From Octopus sinensis (Eukaryota): a stretch of DNA of 64,000 nucleotides. Position numbers and translations under genes: made by a program. The notes below the pieces were generated by a model. That model made no database searches and was not told where the DNA came from. It worked only from the letters and a program-made list of their open reading frames with translations. The DNA is taken from positions 155,310,001 through 155,374,000 of the forward strand of contig NC_042998.1 in assembly GCF_006345805.1 (NCBI RefSeq), given 5' to 3'. Each line of letters opens with the position of its first letter. Position 1 is the stretch's first letter. Of this stretch, positions 1-10,090 are shown in pieces.

Positions 1-1310
1 TTGGACTTCCAAGTATGCCATGACAAGGTTGGCAAAAGTAGGGGCTACCCTTGTAACTATCGCTGTGCCTAATTTTTGTCTATAAGTGTTCTTATTGAAG
101 TTGAAGAAGTTGTTCTGTAGGATGAATTTTATTCCTTCAATGATGAATTATTTTCCAATTCGATCATGAATGTCATTTGGAAACTTTTCCAGCCAGTATT
201 GTATGGCTATTATTCCGTATTCATGAGGAATCGGTGTGGAGAGGTTTATTACATCAAATGAAACCAGAAAAGAGTTCTTGCTGGTTTTGTTTTGGAGATG
301 ATTTAAAAAGTCCAGATCATCACTTATAAAGCTCAGTATATGTTGAAGAAGAGATTTAAGGAGGACGTCAATAGTTACTGAGTCTGTGTGTCTTACACAA
401 GGGACTGGCCACAATTGGTCTCATTTTGAGATCTCTCGGGTATGGAATATTTATGACTACAGAAGTTGATTTGTTGCAGGCTTTGTTTATGGGTTCACTT
501 TTGTGGATTTTGCGAAGTCTATAAAAGTTGCTGGTTTTGCAGTCAAATCTAGTCAAGTAATCTCTCATTTCCCGTTATACCTTGTTGGAACTGGTGGATA
601 AGGGAAGAAAGTTTAGTCACTATCTTGGATTGAATGTAGTTGTTGATGTTTTTGTAGTAGGAGGATTAGGGTAGTGTTTATGTATTTTTCTGAGTCCATG
701 ATTACTACAGCACTCCCTTTGATGGCTTTTTTTATAATTATATTACGATTCTCCTTGAGATCATTAATGATTTCCCATTCTTATCGACTTGTATTTGTTT
801 TAAATTTTCAATGTGAAAGTAAATTGAAGGGATAATTGGATACCAAATCACAAAAGTTATCCAGAGTTTGATTTCTTCCTTTTGTCAGACTGTAGTTACT
901 TTTATTATGAAGTACTGAGTGATCATTAGTTTCTTTATCAAACAGGTCTTCAGTGACTCAAAGTTTTCTGCCGAATTCCTGGATATCATTTTGCATATCA
1001 TTTAGGTTCAGCCTTGTGGTGTTGGGGTGAATTTTAGTCCTTTTGCAAAAATTTTGATTTGTTGCTTTGAAAGGGTTTTATGTGAGAGATTTATCACCTA
1101 CAGGATCTCATATTTGTTTGGTGCCATCGAGTGTCCTGGTTTTGGTCCAGTTTACCTAAAAAATGGTTTCTTGGGTTTTGATATAAGGAATTAGTGCTCT
1201 TGTTGATTGTCCTTCCATTGACCCTTGGTCTATTGTGGGTTCTCCATTGTGGTTAGTTCTGAGTGGGGTCGTCATAATAGTTATATCTTGTTTGTATGAG
1301 GTGGTCATTG
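1..1310 (-). mobile_element. Penelope-like element, degenerate N-terminal and RT region (runs off the left edge)
   Basis: Minus-strand PLE motifs TLSKQQIKIFAKGLKFTPT (~1020-1075), KTSNFYRLRKIHK, DLKMRPIVASP and SFDVINLSTPIP, with frameshifts and stops. Confidence 0.85.
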
Positions 1311-1319
1311 TGGAAAATT

Positions 1320-1600
1320 CCCGTAAGCAAACACTTAGACCAATGCCCCATAAATATAAACCCGAAATACCAAATCTTCCCTCTCAATCAATGCGCCGGG
1401 AACACTTCAAAACAATTCTGTTTAAATAAGGAAAACATACTCATTAAAAAATATTAACCACAGCTGAATATCCTTTAGATATTAAAGAGAAAAAGGAAAA
1501 AGGACTAAATTTCTCCACAAAAAAAACAACTAGGTACAACAGACAATTTTTAAAAACTTTAGTAACAGTCTTCCACCTGGGTTTCAAAAATGCAACTCCA
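1320..1600 (+). mobile_element. Possible second PLE N-terminal fragment, divergent from the first
   Basis: Strand skew flips at ~1310; + frame reads KILTTAEYPLDIKEKKEKGLNFS, resembling the PLE LT..E...KGLNF motif. Confidence 0.35.
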
Positions 1601-1756
1601 AATCCTCATACAATAATATCATACAGTTGCAGATGTCACCTAACTCCAATGAAATTTTACAAACACCAGTTGCTGACGTCACCTAACTCTAGACCAATGA
1701 AATTTTGCCTCTGATCAAAACTGAACTTCAGCAAATACAACAAAATGACCCTTTAA

Positions 1757-2835
1757 CCCTTTCGTTACTATATTTCTGACCAAATTACACCCCTTATGTG
1801 TTTCAATTAATTTCTAACGTAATCATAAATTTAGTCTGGTTTCATTAAACAACTATAACTTTTTTATTTATCGATATATTAATCTGATTTTTGGAAGATA
1901 ATTTAATGAAATATTCTCAACCAATTCTATACTATAATTTTTGTCACAAAGTGACTCTATTTGCAGGTAGATACAGGTAAATTCCACAAAATATAAAATT
2001 ATTAAAATTTTGTTCAAACATCGCTATAGAAAATATTAGCTAATATTCAATTGGGTATACAACAAAATTTTACGATAGAATTTGTTATTCTGGGTAACTT
2101 TCTGATACCCATAATATTTATGGCAAAATAGGCCTTAATTTCATTTAAGGTTGTGGGAAATAACAAACTATCCTTTCTTTCGTTTTGTTTACGTTTAGCG
2201 TAACGGTTCGTTTTCGCTGTAATGATTTCAAATAGGCTCATTCGAAAAAGTAAATAGAAATAGCCTAAGGCTTTACCCTTCTGGGAAAGTCTGTGGCTTG
2301 GTCCAGTTTCTTCAGAAAAATCACCGAAAGAAACAGTTTTTAAATTTTCACTCCATTCAGGTGCCAATTCGTTTTCTTTATCACTATCGGAGATCTCAGA
2401 TTCACTGTTTTCACTTTCGGAAAATGAAACATCAAATTCATTATCAAATACCATGTGCTTTTTTTTTTCAGTCATAGAGTTAGATTTATGAAGGTCTTCA
2501 GTAGAAAATCCTTCGAATTCTGACTCGCTGCTTGATATAATGAAATTCGTATCCATTTTTTGTCAGAATTACAAATTTTGAAAACACAATAGGAAGAAAT
2601 TTCGGAAAAAAATCTCCCTAAATTCACGGAATTAAAATTACACTTCGATTATTGTACAAAACTGTAGTTGAACTGTTTACGAAGTATAATACGTGTTTTC
2701 ACGAATGTACTGAAGAGATTTGCTCTGATATTCTCATTTAAATATGAATAGGTAAATTCGGGCGGCTTTGGGCGGTTTGGTTTCATAAACCAAAATTTTT
2801 TTCGGGCGGCTTTGGGCGGTTTGGTAACGAAAGGG
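1757..2835 (-). mobile_element. Non-autonomous piggyBac element, copy 1
   Basis: TTAA at 1753-1756 and 2836-2839; perfect 12-bp TIR CCCTTTCGTTAC/GTAACGAAAGGG; two subterminal GGGCGGCTTTGGGCGGTTTGGT repeats. Confidence 0.92.
2047..2556 (-). pseudogene. Truncated piggyBac (PGBD4-like) transposase N-terminus
   Basis: Acidic N-terminus, then YFYLLF...IITAKTNRYA...TTLNEIKAYFAINIMGIRKLPRI; ends before the DDD catalytic core. Confidence 0.85.
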
Positions 2836-3386
2836 TTAAGAGAATCAACCAATTGGAACAGCTGATGACCATTCCCCACAGGGAAGTCAACCAAGCAGAA
2901 CAACAAACTTAACCACCAGTAAAATATGACATCACCAGTACTTTAATGAATTGAAAATCAGATCTGTTCATGGAAAAAAATATAAGCAAAAGTTCCTGCA
3001 CACGGGGGGGGGGGGGGAAGAATCACAGAAACTGTAAACCAAGTCCCTTTTTTTACTAACTTCATTTCTCCCTTGTTTTTCTCCCTCTTAACTTAGTATG
3101 ACTGAAACTTTAATGATATTCATTTCTTGTCAACCACTAACATTATTAAACTTTGTACATTTAAATAAGTTGATCAACAGTTTTTATATTATTGACTGTC
3201 ATGAACATTTAAACTTGTCACTTTGAAACTTTTAAACACATTTTTCTAATTCATAATTCTAAATTTTTACCACTGATAAACAAAAAATATGTGAATAAAT
3301 TTATTTTAAAACAATTACAAGTTTTTCAAATTTCAACAACAAATTTGCTTATATTTTTTCCTGCATGGAAATAAACCCACTAAGTT

Positions 3387-3591
3387 ATATTTAGTAGAAA
3401 ATAGGAAAATTCAATAAGGAGATGAATGCTCGGGATGTTGAAGTCTTCTACATATGTTTCGACAGATGCTCTCCAAAAATGCCTGACAGGATAAATTATG
3501 GCTAGCAATGCATCTATCTCATCAGGAAGGACATAAATAACAAACTCATCAAACAGACATGTTAACAAAAATATAAAGTCCTATAAAATGT
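3387..3591 (-). repeat. Left member of an inverted repeat pair (partner 5377-5598), hammerhead-bearing
   Basis: Reverse complement aligns with 5377-5598, e.g. ATATTTAGTAGAAAATAGGAAAATT and AACAAACTCATCAAACAGACATGTTAAC. Confidence 0.9.
3445..3529 (-). ncRNA. Type I hammerhead ribozyme, intact core
   Basis: CUUC-CUGAUGA-GAUAGAUGC...GCAUCUGUC-GAAA-CAUAUG-UA-GAAG: stem I 4 bp, stem II 9 bp, palindromic stem III, GUA cleavage triplet. Confidence 0.85.
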
Positions 3592-3849
3592 AATGTATTT
3601 ATATTCATATGCACACACATGTACACACACTCAAATCTCAAATATGACATGTAAATATAAACATTATATACATACAAAAAAGTACAAACATATACAAACA
3701 CATACATACACATGCATTAATATACAAACACTTACACATAAGCATATATATATAAATATATACATATATATGTTGCTGTTGGCATCCTTTTTGTCTCGGG
3801 AGACAATGGAGTTGCACATAAAATAATCTAGTCCGACTTTTACATTTCC

Positions 3850-4390
3850 TGTCATAATACATCTCCTGCTGTGGCTGTGTAGTCCTATCCTGGACAAACA
3901 CTCCCTCTGGCAGGTGCTGCAAATCTAGCGAAGACTTTGCCTGGCTGGTTGTAATGTCATAGTTTCTTGTTGACGTCTTTTCTTGTCGTTCCATTTCTCC
4001 TCTCTCTCTCTGTCACTCCTTTGTTTTCCCTCTTTTACGGTAAGCCTCTAATCTCCACAATTGTTGGCAACTGCTTCCCAGTTGCTAATATTGATGTTGC
4101 AGGCTTTCATGTCCCTTTTGCAAGCATCATTGTATCGTAAGAACAGTCTTCCCACAGACCTAGTGCTCCTAGCAAACTCTCTATAGAGTATGTCCTTGGG
4201 GATTCTGCCATCTTCCATACAGCTAACATGTCTAAGCCATCTCAAATTTCTTTGTGTGAGGAGTGCAAACATGCTTGGTATTCCTGCTTGCTTGAGGGCA
4301 TCTTTGTTGGGGACATGATTCTGCCATTTGATGCCGAGAATTTTCCAGAGGCAGCGCAAGTGAAAGATATTTAGACAATGCTCTTGGTGT
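3850..4390 (-). mobile_element. Old RTE/BovB-clade LINE 3' fragment
   Basis: RCLWKILGIKWQNHVPN...LRWLRHV..MEDGRIPKDILY, plus C-terminal zinc-finger remnant SRIGLHSHSRRC. Confidence 0.85.
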
Positions 4391-4407
4391 GCATATATAT
4401 ATATATA

Positions 4408-5009
4408 TTTATAATTTTAACCTTAAAGGTATTTTAATATGCTGACACATTTTCTGATGAAATTTTTTTCTGTAAAAAAACTTCATCCTATAATAGTAGT
4501 AGACTTATTACTATTCGCTATAGGGACTGGTAACCACTATAAGCTGTAGTGGAGAACAGTTCACACATGTGCTGAGGCTTACCAAAGGATTTTATATTTA
4601 GATATATCTGGGGTACTTATATGTACTCATGATTTTTGCTTCGGCTTTTTTCCATGGGCCCATGTAAGTATTTCATTTATTTCTTTTCGTATTTTCTACT
4701 GAAGAGGAAAAAATCTATTATGAGATTAATTCCGAAATTGATTCAATATAGAAATAACAAACTTTTTTAAAAAATTCTGTTGGCTAGCTTTCCTCGATTT
4801 CAGCTCTACGTGTTTTCTGTAGAGAGTAAATAATATGTGGAAATTGACAATTTAAAAGTCTGTTATCAGCATATTGGCATAGAAATAATTTTCTTTAGCC
4901 CTTGTTTATAAGTTGTTTATAATTTTAACCTTAAAGGTATTTTAATATGCTGAAACATTTTCTGATGAAATTTTTTTCTGTAAAAAAACTTCATCCTATA
5001 TTAGTAGTA
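4408..5009 (+). repeat. 508-bp-period tandem unit (94-bp direct repeats 4408-4501 and 4916-5009) containing a hammerhead
   Basis: The two 94-bp copies differ at about 2 positions; offset is exactly 508. Confidence 0.9.
4693..4754 (+). ncRNA. Type I hammerhead ribozyme, intact
   Basis: UUUCUA-CUGAAGA-GGAA(..AAUCU/AGAUU..)UUCC-GAAA-UUG auu CAA-UA-UAGAAA: stem I 6 bp, stem II 4+5 bp, stem III 3 bp, AUA triplet, cut after 4748. Confidence 0.85.
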
Positions 5010-5014
5010 TATAT

Positions 5015-5060
<46 letters not shown>

Positions 5061-5376
5061 TATTGTTATATATTAAACATATAAATAAATATATATATAT
5101 ATATATATACAGAAACACTCATACATATATATTCAAATACATAAATAGGCAGAAACATATTCATACACATATGCATACTTGTACATATTCTTGCGGCAAC
5201 AACATAGAAATGTACTTATGCTAAAATATACATTTATGATCACATACTTATATGCATATACAAGACCATACACATCCCTAAACATTGATAGACTCAAACG
5301 CATAATTGTATACACATATATACACTTACTTAAGCACATATACATTATTGGTCATTCACAATACACTTACATACAA

Positions 5377-5598
5377 ACATTTTATAGGACTTTATATTTC
5401 CGTTAACATGTCTGTTTGATGAGTTTGTTATTTATATCCTTCCTGATGAAATTGATTTATCTCATCAGGACCATAATTTATCCTGTTGGACATTTTTGGA
5501 GTGCATCCATTGAAACAAATATAGAAGACGTCAAGATATAAATGGTTTAACATCCTGAGCATTTGTCTCATTCAATTTTCCTATTTTCTACTAAATAT
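5377..5598 (+). repeat. Right member of the inverted repeat pair (partner 3387-3591)
   Basis: Inverted homology to 3387-3591. Confidence 0.9.
5439..5527 (+). ncRNA. Degenerate type I hammerhead (paralogue of 3445-3529)
   Basis: CUUC-CUGAUGA...GAAA-CAAAUA-UA-GAAG; stem I intact, stems II and III mismatched. Confidence 0.6.
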
Positions 5599-5687
5599 GA
5601 CCTGCTATCCTGGAATTAAATCCTGGGACACTTAAGCAACATTTAACTATCTTCTAATTATTCTCCTGGAGTTTTCTTATAAATTGT

Positions 5688-5739
<52 letters not shown>

Positions 5740-5932
5740 CACACACACAGATATACAGATATATATTTACATATATATGAGTGTATAAAAATTTATACAT
5801 GGAGAGAAGACCACTAAGTGGTCTTCTTACATGCTAAAAAGGCCAGTCAAAGCCCCAAACCATTCAAAACATTCTTATTTAGAGCAATTTCATTGTAAGT
5901 GAGGGCAACTTGAGAGAATTAAAATATCGTTA

Positions 5933-6028
5933 ATTCTATACTCTGAAGTTTCACCATTAATGATTAAATAAATCAATTAATTAATTAATTAACTGATTAA
6001 TCAACCATCCATTGATCTTCAGTAGAAT
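5933..6028 (-). ncRNA. Hammerhead-like motif in the left palindrome arm
   Basis: AUUCUA-CUGAAGA...GAAA-CU ucag AG-UA-UAGAAU: stem I 6 bp, stem III 2 bp, GUA triplet; base of stem II mismatched. Confidence 0.6.
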
Positions 6029-6644
6029 CGCTGAAGATATATAAATCTAAAACTCGAATACATACCATAAGCAAAGGAAAACACATGCGTACTTAGTTTC
6101 ATCTTTATACATCAAATCAAAATGTCCACATTCAATGTGCCAAGCCAGAATTGTACAGTAGAGAATGAATTCAACAGTGAATTATCTGACCCAAGGATTA
6201 AAATATTTAAATATATAAATAGAAGGGTAAAAATTACACTGGTCAACAAGTATTTTTCATCAAACATATGTCAAGGTGTAGTTTTTAAAGCTGATTTCAA
6301 ATATGTGATTAGTTTTTTGACATCACATATAGTTTTCAAGATGAGAAATTTTTTTGGTTTTAGCTCATGCATTATATAGAAATTCCAATTGCTTATGTGT
6401 ATGCATGTATTTCATTTACATCATGGAAACATATCTTTAAAATAAACTACATTATTCATTGCTGCATAGTTGAGATGCAATATTTCATCGTCTTAAATTA
6501 ACCAATCAAGTTTTGTCTGATGAATAGGTATTTCAACATCCGAAATTGTCCACTCATGATTGATCTGATGAAATATTTCATTTCAAATTCAATATAAGTA
6601 TAACCATTTATATCTATTTCCTTACTTGTTTTACAGTGTTAATA

Positions 6645-8213
6645 ATGTCAAGACAATGTAGAAATTATCCTGATGTGTTTTGTTATGTCTGTGGACAGTT
6701 TATTGCAAAAGCTCAAAAATGTACAACAAAAATGTACAATCAAGAAGATTTATAAGCTATATTTTGACTGTCCTGGAGATCAGGACAAGTTATGGGCACC
6801 ACATTTTATCTGCTCAATCTGCTCAAATAAGAAAAGGAAGTCCATGCCTTTTGCCATTCCAGTGATATGGAGGGAGACAAATGACCATTTTAATGACTGT
6901 TATTTTTGCAAAATAGATGTCACAGGATTTTCTATGAAGAATAAACACAAAATTGTGTATCCCAAATTGAATTTTGCAATGAGACCTGTATCTCAATGGA
7001 ATTCTGCCAATTCCAGTTGCACCAGATGAGGGTATTGAAATATCAGATGATGATGCTGACTATCATGATAGTGTTACCGAGGAAGATTATGTGGTTGATG
7101 ACAACAGCTTTAAACCTCAGAAATTTCCCAAGCTGAATTGAATGACCTTGTCAGTTGACCTAGCCCTCTCAAAAGATAAAGCAGAACTGTTGGCATGAAG
7201 AATGAAGAAACATCTGTTAGAGTATGATGTTCATATAGCTTATTTTCAGCAGAGAAATGTGGTTCTACAAACGTGTTTTTCTGTTGAAGGCCTCCTTTGC
7301 TTTTGCAGTAACATTGATGGACTTTTCGAATGTTTATCACAAAATCATGATTCTGCAAAGTGGCGTTTGTTTATTGACTCTTGAAAACGAAGTTTAAAAG
7401 CTGTACTTCTCCATAATGGTAATTTGAATGTCTCTATTACTGTTACACACTCCGTTCATCTTCATGAATATATGAATATGAAACTTTTACTTCATGCCAT
7501 TGCCTACGAAAAATACTCATGGAAAATATGTGGATATTTAAAAGTCGTTGAAGTATTAATGGGAATGCAGTCAGATTTCACAAAATACTGTTGTTTCTGT
7601 GTCTGTAGGATAGTTGGGCAACTGACAGATATTACCTGGAATCAAACTGGTAGACAAGAACATCATACCAGCCAGGACTGTCTAGCATCAAGAACATACC
7701 TCTTGCAGATCCATGTAATATCCTGTTGCCTCCCTTGCACATAAATCTTGGACTGATGAAACAGTTTGTAAAGACACTAGGGAAGAGAAATGCCAGAGGG
7801 TTTGAGGATACTGTAGAAAAGTTTCCCAAAATCACAGGCAAAGTTGAAAGTGGGTATCTTTGATGGACCCCAAATTAGAGAAGCACTCAAAGATGTCAAC
7901 TTCAAGACAATACTGGATGAACTGCCTGGAATGCCTTCAATTGGATCTGTAAGAATTTCTTGGGCAACAAGAAGGCAATGGACAACAAAGATAGCATCAG
8001 GGATCTAAAATGTTACTCAGCAATGGGTTGTCACATGTCACTGAAAGTTCACTTATTCAACTCCCATCTGGATTTCTTTGCAGATAACCTTGGAGCAGTG
8101 TCTGATGAACATGATGAAAGATTTCACCAGGACATTAGTGCTATGGAGAAAAGGTACCAAGACTTCTGGAATTACAGTATGCTGGCTGACTACTACTGGA
8201 CACTTTACCATGA
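6645..8213 (+). pseudogene. Chapaev3-type transposase, frameshifted
   Basis: MSRQCRNYPDVFCYVCGQF; WAPHFICSIC; SMPFAIPVIWRE..DH..DCYFC; GCHMSLKVHLFNSHLDFF..NLGAVSDEHDERFHQDI..MEKRYQ; MLADYYW. Confidence 0.85.
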
Positions 8214-9320
8214 TCAAACTATTGGTGTTTCTGTGGAGAGAGCTCCATTGGCTGTTACAGTTTGGCTCCTGTCCTTTAGGAAATCATGCAGCCACTCTCT
8301 GACTTTACTGGTGATGCCGAGTCCCCATATTTTGTGACATATCATTCCATCGTCGACCTTGTCAAATGCCTTCATAAAGTTGAGGTATACCACATCCACA
8401 TTTGAGCAGTTTGTTAATTGCTTCAGTACCCAGTCATAGTGTCGCAGAAGCTATGTAAGACAGTTCCTTCCTGGGTGAAAGCTGTGTTGGGTGTCAGAGA
8501 GCAGGTCATTGTCCTCAAGGAACTCAATCAGTCTTTTCCTGACAATGCGCTCCATGACTTTACTGACATGGGAGGTCAGGGAGACAGGTCTATAATTCCT
8601 AGCCTCTGCCCTGCTTCCTCCCTTATGGATAGGGCATATTATTCCCTCTTTTAGTTTTTTTGGGAGTTTCCCTATCCTGGGGGACTCCTGGAAAAGGATT
8701 TGAAGCGGTCTAGCTAGAGGTCTTTTATATTTCTTTAGGAGGATTGCATGGAATCCATCAGGGCCTATTGCTGAGTTCGAGCTCAGCTCTTCAATGGCTG
8801 ATATCACATCAGTTTCCTCTATGTTGATGCTATCATGCAGCCACTCTCTGACAATGTGTCTTCAGGGTCAAAGAACCTACCTGGCACAGTCACTCGTAGC
8901 TTCCCCAGTGGTATGCTGTATGCTGAAAGCACTCTTGTATTGTGCATTCAGTAATTCACTGATCCTCTGGGGGTCTGCAGTTGGTGAGCCGTTTTCATCT
9001 AGTAGCGGTCCTATTGTGTAATGCACTGAAGCAGATTCTTTCGCATATCTATAGAAAGCCTTAGGGTCTGCTTTAATGTTTTTGATAGCCCTGGCTTCCT
9101 TTTCTGCCCTTTCCTTTTCATGAGAAGGTTTGAGTGCATTTTCAATCTCAAGCAAGGGGCATTCAAGGTGAATTCGTTTGAAATCTTTTAGATGTCCATT
9201 TAGATGGTTTGAGATTTTTGTTCTTCATCTCATTAGTACCCTCCAATCCCTGGGTATTATATTTTTCTTCACCCGTTGATTTGGTGTTCTCTTTGGGGTA
9301 AACTTACTGCAGATATCATA
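8214..9320 (-). mobile_element. CR1/L2-type LINE RT fragment nested in the Chapaev3 element
   Basis: AIGPDGF...PIHKGGSRAEARNYRPVSLTSHVSKVMERIV; DVVYLNFMKAFDKV...WLHDFLKDRSQTV. Confidence 0.85.
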
Positions 9321-9827
9321 TATGTTTGCTATGAAGTTCTGTTCTGATAGTGATGATTTTTAATTCAATAAACTCATTTACTTTCTAAAAATAATATGTC
9401 CTTATTGGTTACAATACTGATTTCATATATACAAATATGTAAATATTTGCATGTATCTACTGAAAAACTGATACGTGCTGCATACAAATGGAGTGAAATT
9501 TTGAAATCAACATAAAAAATTAGTCTAAAAAGGTTAGTTTGCATTCATAATGAGTATAATGCATTTAATTTTGTTGACCAGTGTTATTAAAATAATAATT
9601 TATATCTAGTATAAATTATTATTTTAATAATTTTTACCCTTATATTTATTTATTTAAATATTTTAATGCTTGGGTCTGACAATTCACTGCTGTACTATTC
9701 TGGCTCAGCATACTGATTGTGGATATTTTGATTGGAATTTCTGATGTATAAAGATGAAACTAAGTACATGATTTCCTTTGTGTCTTTGGTACGTATTTGA
9801 GTTTTAGATTTATATATCTTCAGCAAA

Positions 9828-9919
9828 TCTACTGAAGATCCACAGATGGTTGATGAATCAGTTAATTAATTAATTGATTGATTTATTTAATCATTAATAG
9901 CGAAACCTTGGAGTATAGA
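9828..9919 (+). ncRNA. Hammerhead-like motif in the right palindrome arm
   Basis: UCUA-CUGAAGA...GC-GAAA-CCUUGGAG-UA-UAGA; homologous to 5933-6028. Confidence 0.5.
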
Positions 9920-9976
9920 ATTAATTGATATTTCAATTCTCTCAATTTGTTATCCTCGCTTACAATGTAAGTGCTC

Positions 9977-10018
<42 letters not shown>

Positions 10019-10090
10019 TACATATATTTATATATATATGTATACATATATTTATATATATATGTATACATATACATTTTTATACTTCTA

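Larger units (their letters stand above)
6237..9583 (+). mobile_element. Chapaev3-type (CMC superfamily) DNA transposon
   Basis: 13-bp TIR CACTGGTCAACAA/TTGTTGACCAGTG; 3-bp TSD TTA at 6234-6236 and 9584-9586; internal transposase remnant. Confidence 0.85.
5879..9979. repeat. ~750-bp palindromic (foldback) element split by a Chapaev3 insertion
   Basis: 5879-6236 is inverted relative to ~9628-9979; removing 6237-9586 restores a perfect 32-bp inverted repeat around a 5-nt TCTAG centre (9605-9609). Confidence 0.9.

Noticed and set aside
5805-5827. Perfect 11-bp hairpin AGAAGACCACT-A-AGTGGTCTTCT
   Set aside because: Isolated, with no ribozyme core or terminus motif around it
6520-6555. CTGATGA...CCGAAA inside the Chapaev3 5' region
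   Set aside because: No credible stem I, and stem II does not close next to the core
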